NCBI RefSeq assembly: GCF_018977255.1
Contig: NW_024704752.1
Span: forward strand, 17,174,001 to 17,238,000
Origin: Callorhinchus milii
Lineage: Eukaryota
Reading direction: 5' to 3'
Length of the DNA: 64,000 nt
Of the stretch, positions 10,786 to 23,921 are shown piece by piece (positions within the stretch are counted from its first letter, which is position 1; each line of letters starts with the position of its first letter). Under the pieces are notes generated by a model. The model did no database searches. It was given only the letters and a program-made list of their open reading frames with translations, and had not been told where the DNA came from. Position numbers and translations under genes: made by a program.

Positions 10786-13700
10786 GAAAACGTATGGTTA
10801 CATTAAGTTTCTTCCACCGAGTTTCTTACCCACTTCCTACCAACTCTTGTTTGAAGGTCTGAACAACTCTTTCAAGAATGTTTTTCTTTGGACCAAAACT
10901 AGCTTTGCGGGCTAGATTTTATAACCTTTGAGAAGATGAAAGAATGAAGATTGACTGAGCTGAGTAATAGATACTAAGTAAGATCATTCCTCGAAGCAGT
11001 TCTGTAGTATAACAAAGAAAATGGAGTGACTAAATTCAGTGGTTCCTGAACCTGGCAGTGCCCTTCCAAATAAATTGATCTACATCCATTCAGGATTAAT
11101 ACCGTTAACCTTGTATTTATTTTATAAATTTTATTATTTTTAAATCTTAATTCTTAAGAAATGTTTTTTTGAAAAATACCTATTTGGCCTCTACAATAGA
11201 CTCTTTCAAATCTTCGTTTCTCAGGCTTGTCTACAGCGTGGCTCATCATAGACATTCAGCAATGAGTCTTCAACAACAATAGGATTTGTATGGTTATACT
11301 GTGAAGTTTTATTCACATAGGTTTGCACTATAATAGATGAAAAATATGCTATGGCAAACCAGAAGCTACTCTTCAGCTAAAATGTTCTATATTATATTTT
11401 GGTAAAATAGTTTATTGTTAAAAAAAGCACAATTGACAAAGTCCAATTTTGTTTGTGCTTTTTTTAAAATTGACCTTTACTTATTCGGCAGGTCTATTCT
11501 AAACTAAAAATGAAATCAAAATGAAGCTTGTTTTCTTTAATTTCGTAAAGTTGGGAATTACCATTCACATGAAGTAGTGTATTGATGTGGCAAATATTAA
11601 TAGTACAGGGTGAAGAATCGATCAAGCAAGTTAACCTTCAACAACACTGCCTCGAATATATCAAAGGGTGATTTTTCATAAGGTAGTTTGTGGTACAATT
11701 GCGCGCAAAATTACTTGTTGAACAAGAGTTTCATTTCCCAACACTAATATCCCTCACCTTGACAAGTACAATATTTTCATGCAACAAAAAAGTTTTAATA
11801 AAGCCTGAATAATGCCATTGCTGAACACTGGGGAAGTCTCTCTGTTTTCTCTCTGTGTCCTTAAAAAGGTTTTTTTTAAAAATCATCGCCTTCCCATTAC
11901 TTTTTTTTAGGCAAAACTAGATCAACCCCAATCTTAGGTGAACCACTGCAGCAACTATCATAGCCATGAATTTCACTTACGACCTGAATCTGAATCTTAA
12001 TAAAACCTACATAATTCAGGTTGGTGCGAATTTCCCATTCGGATATTTGCCCATTACTGTATGACAATGTGTCTTTTCACCTTAAAGTGAGCTAAATATG
12101 CACCATTTATTGGTTGCATTGGTTCACAAAGGCACCATATTAGTGACATAAACACCAGGAGTCCATCACAGCAAAATGAAAATGTTCCTGTAAACTTACA
12201 CTGCAAATTAAGTGATTTACATAATCCAGCAGAAATGCTGTTCATATTGACACCTGACTCAGACCAATGTGTCCTACACTTTTCTGCAATGGGGAATTAA
12301 TGGCTTCACAACAATTTAGTAAACTGCAGTTCATGTGTGCAAAGTTGTCAAGAAAATGGCTGAATGAAAGTGAACGTCTATTCACCCAGTGAAGATCAGT
12401 CAAGGGCATTGACTTTGTCATGATGATTTACATTGATTGGAGAGGACAGACTGAAAATTGCAGTCTATTGTATCAATCTCTTATCATTAAGAAAATTGAG
12501 TTCCTACTCCATTAAGCATCATAAAATTAAATCCACACCTTTCCTTCCACAAAGCTTGATGATTAAGAGTGAATTTGGTTTCTCTGACCTTCTGATACGA
12601 TATTGAAGATGAATATCTCAACGCGATGTCATTGTGTCAGTCAGTATAGTACTTTAGGACTGAGCTGATTACAAGGATTAGAGTAGTGTTACGGAAGAGA
12701 TTAACCTTCCGTTAACAACTAAAGCTTTCTACTCTCTTTTTGTCCTCGCATATATTTCATATATATGATTAACTTTGTTCAAAGAATATCTGATTCGATG
12801 CCTCTGGCCTGACAGTAGATTTATTTTATTGTAGCTCTTTAACTTGTGCAACATGATTTATCCTCTTTGGTTGTGTGTAAATGCACGTGAATAGTTTTGA
12901 TTCTATTGTTGGCTAAATTGCACAATTTTCCCCATTTCCGATCATTAGTCCTGCTGAGATCTGGATATACTGAAGAAATATTCATTTAATTTCTAGGAAA
13001 TAGTGCTTCAGTGAGATTGTGCTTCTCAGAAAATATTTCTGAGGACATCACATACTGCATTAAAACATATAGTGTTTGGAGGCCGTGGAATATATATTAG
13101 CCAAAATAAATAGCTTCTCAGATATATGCTTAACCTAAAATATTTGAAGAGTATCAATAATACAAGCAAGTTATTTATCTGCACATTTGCGAAAACAAAA
13201 TAGCTTTTGCTATGGACCTTCTTGAGCATTATGAAAAATAAAGTGCTTTGCTCTATTCCTGTGGCAATTCTTCTCTCGTTCGTTTATGTCTCTGGCAAAA
13301 AACAGGTTGTCACTAAAAGTGACCTTACCAATCAGTTAAGCAGTCAGTTTCTGTGCTTGTATAAACCCTGCTATAAAAAGGTGCATGTTTTTTTCGATCC
13401 AACTCTCAGTTACTGCACAAGCCTGAGAAAGGAAGCAGTAATGTATCTGATAACACATTCCAGTACTCGTGAAATACAACTAATCATATTGACAGCTCTG
13501 CCATAAAGGTGGGCTTGCTTTCTTTCCGCGCTTGTATTCCCCGGCATCTGGTGCTATTATAAAGGCAGATTGCAACAGTGTTCAACCGTGTAGTTTACAT
13601 TTATCCACTAAAGTGTGGAATTTTAAATATCATCCAGAACATCCTCCGAAAATTAAAGGGGATATAAAAAAATTATCCATCTGTGGACCAGTCCAATTTA

Positions 13701-16159
13701 GTTGGCTGCGAACCATCAAGATATCCAAATAACTATCAAAACTCTATCTCTAGGTGTATAATTAGATAGCTCCTGACAACTGTGACAAGGTCAGAATGTT
13801 GCTGCTTGACTTTAACGATTTATCCAAACTATAACAAGCTATCCAAGCACAGCAGATGGTATGACCTGATTGGCTGTTGAATGTCACCCACGTCCGTGAT
13901 TGATGACTCGAAGGTCTCTCAAACCTAGTCGTTCAGTCGGAAAAATGTTTTTATTTTTGAATTATTAAAAAGCATCGAAATTCGCATGGAAGCACGTCAC
14001 TGAATCGGCTCAAGTAGCAAACTCCGGCTTTTAAATGATAAGTGAACGCATCAAAAAAAAAATCTTAACCCGGACGAATAAAAAAGCATCATTAATGGAT
14101 TAAATTAACTTGCAAATAAATAAGTAAATGTTCTGAAATTTGAACAGAATGGATTGTGGACTGATTTACAAATGAATGATTTACATTCCTAATTCAGCTT
14201 CGTGAATTATTTAGAGGAGACTCGGACACCTTTGCATCTCCAACTTCAAGATTCATTTACGAGAAAGTACAACTTTGCTCTTGTTTATATGATGTTGGAG
14301 GTCAAAACCATCAAAAATAATGGACTTCATTGGCTTTGTTTTTCATTAAAAGGTATTAAATGCAAGAAATGCAACCAAGACACCATGTTATTAACTGAGG
14401 GCAAATGTTTCACGAGACTTTTTTTTGTGGGCTAGAGAAACCACCATAAATAACCACCATGGCAGTAATTCTGATGGCAAACAAAATAACATTGCCAGCA
14501 CAATACCACATGTTTTCAGTTTGATTCAATACCTTAACAAGATTGCAGCTGCGCTTGTTCCTAGCACCAGTCTAATGAATTAACGCAACACTTTCTTCCC
14601 TGGAGTAGATTCTTTATTTAATGCATTTTTTATGGTAATCTACTCCATCTCCCATCCATCTCAACATGCAAATACCACATGTGATGCAAGTATTGCAACT
14701 AAAGTCTGTTGTGCAGTTCAGATCACTGTGTAGGGAACAATGAAAAAGCTGCCAATGAAATGAAAAACAAAAACAATGAAAAAGTACTATATGATGTGTT
14801 CCTGTCTAAGGATCCAGCCCTCACCTAATGTTGCCACTTGCACTGGCATCATCACACGAGAGAAATTAATGGACGGTGCACAGAGAGCTCAAGAAGAAGC
14901 TTTTACATAGATCTTACCTAAGTTTTAAACTTTAGGCTAGAACATTGCAACTCCGCTGTTTGCCCAGCGAGGACCACCCTACTCGTTAGAGCTTTGGCTT
15001 GCAGGGTTAACAGGAGCTGAGTGGGAAGAATCCCTGCTTCCAGTGACTGGTCTGCTCCTCCAAGTCCTGCCGATGAGCAGTCTGTCATTAGCAGTGTCCT
15101 GGAGTACAGTGGATCCAACTGGCTACCGAGACCACCACTTGATCCCGATATTCTGTTGCTCAACATGTCACCTTGGAGCCAACTCTGCTACAAGGAGAAA
15201 TCACCGCCACCACCCCCCCACCGCAACCCCCCCACCGTTACGTCCCCCCCAGTCCCCCCAGGAGGAAAGTAAGGAATATAGAACAGAGAGAAAATCACTT
15301 CTGCTGAACACATGTGAAGCACCGTACTATTGAGATGAAATTAATAGAGACAGTGACTGACAAGCAGGGGAACACTGCTCTGTGGCGCATAAGAAAAAGG
15401 CAACTTGGGACCTGGTTAATGGAAATACAAGGAAATATGGAGCAGATAGTATAAAGTACAACTACAACTATTGTCTGAGGAATTGATGATTTATAGATTT
15501 TGCCGGTCAGTGAGTAAATCAAAACACTGATGAAACAATCTGCTGATTAAGGGACCATATTAAGCGAAGGTTGTCAGGAGTTGATGATAAATGTGCTGGA
15601 AACACAGGACACCAAAGAAACAATGGGATTAATTGTGTTATGGTTCTAAACCAGTTGGTAGCAAAATATAATAGATTGCAGTGGACAGTGCTGAAAATAT
15701 GGATACTGATAAACCATCTAGTTATTTGCAGTGCAAAAGCAAATAGCCATATAACTAGTACGTGATGTGATGCACACATGGGTATGGTGCAATAAATCCC
15801 ATATACAAACATAAACACGAGACAAGACTATCGGAAGACCACAGCACAGAGCTTATACTCAAGGCTACTAAAGTATTGATTAGTGTTGTAATTGTATGTT
15901 CTAATTAGTCTGTGTATATTGTGCTAAATTAATCCAGGAAAGATGAAATTTGAACCACTTTTGACATAATAACAACAAATTGCATTTATGTAGTATTTAT
16001 GCTTATGATATTACATTTATATTTATATTTACATTTAATAAATCACGAATGAATATACAGAACATTACAACTGATGTCTGTAACTTACAAACTAGGATAA
16101 AAGAGCTACATTAATTCTCAGTGGCACATTGACCACTGTAATGTAAGCTGATACTCAAG

Positions 16160-16312
16160 CCAACAATGAGATGAATGTCCAATTAATCTGCTACTTTGCT
16201 GAATTTAGGTGAGGGAGGATTGGCCAAGACACCTCATTTGAAATTGTGATGCGAGTTCTTTAACACACAACTGAAGAACAGACAAGACATTGGCTTAATG
16301 CCTCGTTCAAAC
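16160..16312 (-). mobile_element. Highly degenerate Deu-domain SINE fragment
   Basis: TTGGCCAAGACACC...TCTTTAACACACAACTGAAGAACAGACAAGACATTGGCTTAATGCCTCGTTC parallels 2375-2490 and 56327-56422. Confidence 0.55.
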
Positions 16313-16474
16313 CATTTAAGACAGTGAGAGTCTGTTCTTTTCACGTCTCCGGTCCAGGATCACAACACTGACTGTGTTATTTATGTGTGTGTTTGAGTGA
16401 CAGCAAATGCAATGGAACTACTTAATGACTTATAGTAATGAGCTGGTGGTAACGAAGAAGAACTATTTTGAATT

Positions 16475-16606
16475 GGCCAGGTATCTGACACATGCGGAAA
16501 CCCATCAACATGCTTATGCCTTGAGTATCCAAATGCTATGAAAGCTTCGTATATGTATACCGTCTACATGTGGAAACTCCCTGTGTGAAAATGGAATGCG
16601 CATTCT
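16475..16606. repeat. Unclassified interspersed repeat, copy B (more diverged)
   Basis: TCTGACACATGCGGAAACCCATCAACATGCTTA...GAGTATCC...CATGTGGAAA...AATGGAATGCGCATTCT shares blocks with copies A and C. Confidence 0.8.
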
Positions 16607-17132
16607 CTCCTTGGATGGACGCACTCTGCTCACCTAATCCCAGAGAGTGTTAGGCGCAGGTTGGCAAGAGCCACGCTTCCCAATGCAGTATTTTAATGGT
16701 TGTGTGGCATCTCCTGCCCATGTTCAAATCCAGCAATCATTTTAATATTTCCTATTCAATGCACTTGATTTTCTTCATGCACTCCGGCTCTGTGTATCAT
16801 CTGCCATCCGAAAGGAAGGAATAGTGAGAACGAGCTTGTGCCAAAAGTTTTCCCAATGCTGTGCTCGAGCTCGTGAATAGGTGGGATGTGAGAGCAACCC
16901 AGCATATCAGCCTCTCCTTGCTGACTACTTCCTGCTTGCACAGAAACTGTGGATCTGAACCATATCTATCACCTTGTTGAAGGTATATCAAGCACTAGCA
17001 CCCTGTGCCATCATAGCACAGAAAACTATTATTTTGTGCAAACTGCAGATGCATGGAATCAACAGACTACATACCATCCATTTACAAATGTTACAACAAT
17101 CCTCGTTTTATAATTTTTAATTTTTAAAACAC

Positions 17133-17310
17133 AATAATAATTCGGTCACTCAATCCACTGCTGTTTGTGGGACACTACTTGTGTGCAATTGGCTGCCGTG
17201 TTTCGTCCACAAATACGTAGTCAATTCACTTTACAGTCTATTCTGTGAAGCGCTTTGAGACGTCTTGAAGATGTGAAAAAGATATATCAAATGCAAAGAT
17301 TATTATTATA
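17133..17310 (+). mobile_element. SINE 3' half
   Basis: CTGTTTGTGGGACAC...TCTGTGAAGCGCTTTGAGACGTCTTGAAGATGTG...TCAAATGCAAAGATTATTATT. Confidence 0.9.
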
Positions 17311-20154
17311 TAATGACGCCATTTTTGTGACAAATGTATAAATGTAGCCCGTTTAATTTTGGCAACCTTGTTATCTATCTTCTGTTGAGTTACAGAAACA
17401 AAATTACAGCTTTCTTTTTGTATCTCGGTTGCAAGGGAGCCAGGTATGATCACTATCATTTAGTTTAGCTCTCCCATTCCTGTCACCTCTTTCAGTCTTA
17501 AGTTGTGCTTCGGTTTCAAGGATGACAGTTTAATATAGGGTTTGGGTTTGACAGATAAGCACCCAAGATAATTAACGCTGTTTATGCTTCGAAATATTTT
17601 CTCTGGCAATCGTAGTTCGACAGATGAAAAGCGGATCCCGTTAACATCACATTCATTCACTGTTGTAGGTTCAGATTAGACCTTCTACTCTGGAATGCAT
17701 TAACATTCAGCGAGCATTTTAACAGTTGTGCCAGTGAGACATTCAATCATGTTAACCATACCTTGACGTCTTTTACTACAGCTGGCGCATTTCTACTGTG
17801 TGCTAAAGCTGCTTTCTGCTTTGTTCATGTTTCACATCAGCAGTTCGAGGCAAGCTCCCATTCAGTTTCAATAATTCAAAACCCATTATACTCGGTTATG
17901 TCTTTGAAAAACAATCAATCAGTAATACTGTCTTTTTTAATATTTCTGTTTGCGTTTCTTTATTGTATTTTGCTGTTTATGTTGTAAGTGTGTTTCCTTT
18001 CGCTCGCTCGCTCGCTCTCAGTTATCCACGCAATGCTGTCGTGGACCTGCCTTGTTAAAGTTATAAACAGCCAGGAATCACAATGACAAGATTTGCCCAA
18101 TAACTCTGCAATTGTGCAATTGCCTTTTCTGCATTTCTAAATACGATTTGTTTTGTATTTCGCTGCTGACACAAATACCAGGAGGCACAAATACTTCAAT
18201 TACATACTGCAGATAGTTACGTGTAGTGAAATGTAGAATCTTATTAAAAGATGTATTCAGAAATTCTTCAATTATATTATTAGGAGAATCACATGTACCA
18301 ATGCAGCTAAAGTGACTATTAGTGTATCATAAATTTGAATTTAATTGTGTTTATACAGCTTTGTTGCTCATCTTCGATGACTACCAGTGGATTCAGCGAA
18401 AAATATTTTCCAGTCCAATATGCTATTGCTGAGGTTGGCCTGATATCTCGCTTGATCCTGCCTGACACACTTAGAATAGCCCAGAAGTGACTTTTGTGTG
18501 TCCTCGTTTCTGATTGATATACCTGTGTGCTGACAGTCTGCACCACATTCAAGTGTTATACCTTTGTGTTGTCTGAGTTGTGATGTGACTTCTTGTTTTG
18601 TTCAACAAAGGAAAGAATTTCAAGTCATTGAGCTTCTATGAGTGTGGCTTCATGACTATCACAAGCTTCTGCTTTTATAAAGGGTGTGATAAGGGCTTTA
18701 TTCATGCCTATGAGTCCCATTAGTTTGTTTTTCACCTCTGATGAACAGTGGCATGCGGTTACTGTCAATTTGTTTGCTTATACAGCTGGCGTTGTGAATT
18801 TTGTGCCTTTTCTCAGTGCAACTCATGGTGTAAAGATACTCAGCTGTTAAATAGTGTAAAACTATTTTAAAATCTGTTTGCTTGTCACACATTTGGGATT
18901 GTTTTCTATTGGGAGGGCAGTTTGCAATTCTGCTCGCAAACCTCTATCAAAGCTTTGTGAGAAGTATCATACGTAACTTTACTAAACGCTTTCTAAATTA
19001 GATACGATTAGCACTTGAACTATCACCCGGAAGCCCACATGGGTTACTTTCTCAAAGACCTTTAGTTGATTTCTGAGATACAACATGTTTATTTGTAAAC
19101 AGACATATCAACGACTTCTTATTCTTTAGATGAGCAGGTTATAAAGAGCTATTGCGAATGTCAGTGTATACAATTCAGAATGTGGGTAGTTGTTCTATTA
19201 TTTAACAGACAGAATATAGGACCCATACCTTGCAAAGACTGCTCCGTTCTCAGTAATGTGGGGAGTGTGTGATCTGAATACAATTCAAAGCTTATGGAAT
19301 ACGAGAATCAAACTGCTTATTCATCTCATTAGTTGTTAATGCTACCGTCCTTTTGTTATCCGATTGACTGATCGTTCATCTCTCTTTCTCTTGCAAGACT
19401 GTGTGTGGGGTAAGATTAAAAAACTGGAGGGGGTTGGGGGGGGGGGTAGGAAATCATCCCAGTGATTCATCTCTTTGTTTGAGTTCTGTAATAATAGGAG
19501 AACCTAAGACCGATAAATAAATATTTGCAGATTATAAGCCTCGCATCTGTAGTATAAGTTTAAAGAGTTTAGTTGTGCTTCTGAATTGTAACAAGCGTTA
19601 TCAGAATAAGAAATTAGGAATGATCTGCAATGATTCCCATGGGGATAGTAGAGATCTGCTGTCTGTTTTAGAGATGATCTTTCATCCCTTGGCAGCAACG
19701 CTTTACCAGCGGAATCCGACACAATTTGTTAACCTTTATTAGCGTAAGAAAATTGTTTATGGGACAGGAGGATTCACCATATGGCCATAAATTGTTTGAA
19801 GAAGTGCCACAAAATCAGGTCCTGAGTTGATTGCTCTCCGTGAAGAGGTTTACATCAGTGGAGTGCAGATGTATGTCGAGCAGGAGGATAGGCTCTGAGC
19901 TGCCGCAGCGTTTCACTTCTCAGTGATCAGATACAAATTGGTTTCAGGACAGTTTTAATAAGTGGGACTCAGACATCTTGGGCACAGGGACTAAAACTGA
20001 ATAGTTTTTGTGTGTCCAAGGGAATATCTATGATGTGTAATTGATAGACCACATCAACACAACAGGCATTCAAAGCAGCGCTTTCCATTTTATCCAACAT
20101 ATTTTGTAAAACCATGTGTGCTTTGCAGATACAAGAAAGGCATTTATTAATATA

Positions 20155-20548
20155 TAATAATAATAATAATCCTTGCATTTGATATAGAATTTTCACGCCT
20201 TCTAGATGTCTCAAAGCGCTTCACAGAATAACTGTAAAGTGAATTGACTGTACATTTGTTGGCAAACGAGGCAGCCAATTGTGCACAGCAGTGTCCCACA
20301 AACAGTCATGGATTGAAGTGACCAATTTATTTTTTTTCTCTCTTGAGGGATTCTCATCAGATGTGCAGAGTAACAACAACAACAACAAGATTTCATTTTA
20401 GAGCGCCTTTCACATCAGGAGGACGTCCCAGGAAGAAGGAAGAAGTAAGAGTAAGGAAACTTGCCCAAGGTTTCGCCCTGACCCCCCGGGGATTGAACTC
20501 AGGTCTCTCACTTGCAAAGCGAGTGCTCTAACCACTGAGCTACAGGAC
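20155..20548 (-). mobile_element. tRNA-Ala(TGC) SINE, head to tail, interrupted by an L2 tail insertion
   Basis: Head 20449-20548 nearly identical to 1522-1618; 3' half at 20155-20335; insertion at 20374-20447. Confidence 0.9.
20374..20447 (-). mobile_element. Nested L2 3' tail fragment with 7-bp target-site duplication
   Basis: (CAA)n...AGCGCCTTTCACATCAGGAGGACGTCCCA flanked by AGAGTAA at 20367-20373 and 20448-20454. Confidence 0.8.
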
Positions 20549-20699
20549 ACCACAGGATTGCCTTTGTTACTTCTCATTTTTTGGAAAGCCAAGAGAAAGC
20601 CTTAGTAATATGTACAGAATTATTTTCATTATAGTCTTAACAGCTATCACAGGTCTGAATGCTGTTGAATAACCAGAAATGGTTTTCCGATCATCCAAA

Positions 20700-20875
20700 T
20701 AAAACATTGGTCATTCACTTCCTGGCTGTGCAGGGGACATTGCTGTGTGCATTATTGGCTGTTGCATTTGCCTATAAAATTTACAATAACTATATTTCAC
20801 AGTAAACCTTGTGAAGCCCATTGAGACCTTCTCCCAATGTGAATAGCACTAGATCAAATTTGTGGATTATTATTG
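20700..20875 (+). mobile_element. Degenerate SINE 3' half
   Basis: TTGGTCATTCAC...GGGACATTGCTGTGTGCA...TTGGCTG...TGTGAAGCCCATTGAGAC...GGATTATTATT. Confidence 0.7.
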
Positions 20876-21974
20876 CTAACTACATAATTATTAATAGAGT
20901 TATGGATAAAGGGCTCGCTGTTGACCATGGAATTTTCCGGCTAAATTCCCTGAATTCTACTTTTTCGAAGCAAGGGAGGCATTTAATTTATTTGTCTTCC
21001 AACATATTTGTGTTGTGACTCGGTACTGTATTGTGCACCGAAGAACTTGTCATGGTATTGAGTTTTAATCAAAAATGTGTTGGCATTATTCATCAACTGC
21101 AGGAGCTAGTTGCTCACCCATGTAGAAAGCCTCATGGGTTGCCCTTTAAGGATGCTCCTAGTATATGAGTTGTTTTTCCCACCGCATTTGTAATCACTCA
21201 TTATCACATACCTCCAGAGTATTTTCTGCTCACTGCTATCAATCAATGAAGGAGAAAGGCTGAGGCTCGATGTCTTGCTGTTTACTGCCTGCTGTTTTGG
21301 CTTCCAGAAGACTTCGACTGGTTTTCAGTCAACAAAATCAACAGTATTTCAAGATAATATCAAGCTCAGACTTTTATTAAAGTTTTGTGTATGTTGCAAT
21401 CGCATCCAATGCCTTTGGTGGATGTCACTTGACCACGACTTCAAATTGTGCCAATTCTGTCAACAGTTCTAAGATTTGTTGAGATAGCTGGAGGTGATTA
21501 TAAATTCTCAGTAAGGATATCTGTAGTCGCACTGATATGCCTCGAGCTAGCCAATACACAGGAGACATCCTTCCTACTCAATATCTTCCTCATACTATCG
21601 CCAGTTCCACAAGGAAATATTGTATGAGCAGCAAAGAACATTTTTATCTCCGATGACTACAAGCACAAAGTACCTGAATGGCAGTTTCATTCTCAGTCAA
21701 GGTAGAAGGTCTTCCCCTAGTGAAGTGGAGTGACAGCCATTGGCAGGGCAAGAAATGGTTTCAAATCCTTCTGTTTTAATAATGAGTGCAGATTTTGCTC
21801 ACCGAGCAGCTCGTAGATCTCTAAAGCTGGGAGAACTAACATTTATCAATGCTTGAATCCAACGTTCAGTCCAAAGCATCAACAAAGTGACTGGTTTCAC
21901 TTCCCACTCTGCTCTTCCTATCTGTACAGCTGCTAAGAAATCAACGTGATTTGCTTCCCCCAAATTCTGCGAGT

Positions 21975-22028
21975 TTCCATAGCACTCCAGCATGAAAGTG
22001 CTATATAAATCCAAGTTGTTGTTGTTGC
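21975..22028 (+). mobile_element. L2-type 3' tail fragment
   Basis: CATGAAAGTGCTATATAAATCCAAGTTGTTGTTGTTG. Confidence 0.7.
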
Positions 22029-22967
22029 TGTACTCATCCAAGATGGGCCAGACCGAGACTTTCCAAAAATTAATTCACTTATGACTATCATAGCATGTTT
22101 TGCTGAAAGAAAACCTTCATCTCTATTACTTGAGTGGGATTCAAATGTTTGTCAGTGTGCTAAGTTCATGCTAAAAATCCTCCAATGTAGGTATACAAAG
22201 GCCATATTGCTTGCTGCTGCAATCCAAAATATTAAGATTTAATATTTGGTAGTTGGCATTTTTACTACAATTATTTCCTTGTATTTGAGTTCAGTTTTAA
22301 AACAACTTTGTTATGCAATAATGAAGATGCGAAATGTTGAATAAGCAGTTACGGTTAAACATGCAACCTTAAAAAAAAATTCACTCTCTTGTCACTATGT
22401 GTTGGTACTTTTAATCTTTACAGCTATTCCTTCACAGGAATGAGTCATTTCGAAAAGTAATTATAATGACGGGAAAACTAGATTGAGTAGGGTTTTTCAA
22501 AATGGAAGAAAAAATCCAGATGATTAAAAAACATTATTGTTATCAAAATGCCCTTGAAGTTCTCAAATAGTCGGCTAATCTAAACGTGTGGGCAAGAATT
22601 AAATTCAAACCGTGCTTCTTTTTTCAAATCAGTGCAATATAACGTTTCTCAAATCTGGCTTGCTAATCAGGATGCACCGGCAAAATGTTTTTTAAAAAAA
22701 TTGAGTGAGAAAAAAAATCAGAAAACTCTCTGTAGCTTCTCATCATTGATCAAGTTACAAATGACAGGAAAACCTCTTCCTACTCGCCTTAAGAATCTTC
22801 AGGCAAGTCTAGTTATCAGACCATAACAGCATTAAAGTGTAAGTGCATTTCTTTCAGCTTTCAAATTCAAGAAAGGTTAAAATGTGAAAAAAAATCATTC
22901 TCAGTGTTGCAAAGGATTTGATTTAGACGCTGAGAAACATTCCTCTTCTGTTAAAGTGTTGATAAAA

Positions 22968-23250
22968 TGTTTCATCCTTCAGGTGAGATGTGCAACGGAA
23001 GTCCTGTCTGCCTGTACACTAAAGATCCTGTGGCACTATTTGAAAAGAGAAGGGGTTTCTTCCAAAGTCCTGGCCAACAATCCTCCAGATACACTTCATT
23101 CACTTCATGGCTCTTTGTGAGACATTGTTGTGTGCAAATCGGATACTGTGTTTTACCTAGAAATATATAAGTCACTATACTTTACAGTAAATCTTGTGAA
23201 GCACTTTGAGACATGGGGACAACGTGGCAAGGCGCTATCTCAAAGGCACT
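22968..23250 (+). mobile_element. Deu-domain SINE, 5'-truncated
   Basis: CCTTCAGGTGAGATG...TAAAGATCCTGTGGCACTATTTGAAAAGAG...TCCTGGCCAACAATCC...TGTGAAGCACTTTGAGAC. Confidence 0.85.
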
Positions 23251-23921
23251 ATTTGATGTATCAAATATCAAAACGATTATTATTTAAATATTTGAAGTGC
23301 CTGAAGTGATTGAGCATTTGGCTCCAAACCAGAATGTTATGTTTTCTGCTCTTGTCTCTTGAATATTCTTGAGAGTGATTTCTTAGCTGTTGGTGAACAG
23401 AGTAATCTTGCTTCTGAATTTTCTTGTTACTTACTCCTGGAGTGACTAGCTGCTCAGATTGCCCTCGACCACTGGACCCTTGCAATGATGAGCTGCGCTC
23501 AATGGTTAGAGAATGTGACCAATTCTAAGTTAGTGTTGAAATACTTAGAGATACTCATTCTTTCCTATTTCTCTGCATCCCAGGTCTAACTACTTCAGTG
23601 ATTGTACCTTATCTGAGCACAAGTGGATGTGCCGCGGCAGGTTAGAGCGACCAGTCAGCTACATTTCACTCCCTATACAGAACTCCATGATCTCCTCATG
23701 ATGCCTCCACAGAACACAGTTGAGTTTCTAACTCTCCGTGCTTGTTCTGTGTGGGTCTGCTTTGCTCCAGATGTCTGTGTTGGAGTTCTAAATAAATAAA
23801 TGTTTTCACACTGACGCTGTTAATGCTGGCGAGAAAATTGCAATATTGCGTGGCATCACAGAAAGACTATTGTGCTTTGATTTTCTCTCTACCCTCGTGC
23901 TTCCTTAAGTGACTTTTTTTC

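Noticed and set aside
19230-19274. 45-nt minus-strand exon candidate (TTGTATTCAG...CAAG|GTATGG)
   Set aside because: Moderate splice sites and no recognisable peptide; such pairs are expected by chance in 64 kb.
21803-21826. 24-nt minus-strand microexon candidate (TTCTCCCAG...CTCG|GTGAGC)
   Set aside because: Short pyrimidine tract and no match to any microexon I recognise; cannot be supported without RNA data.
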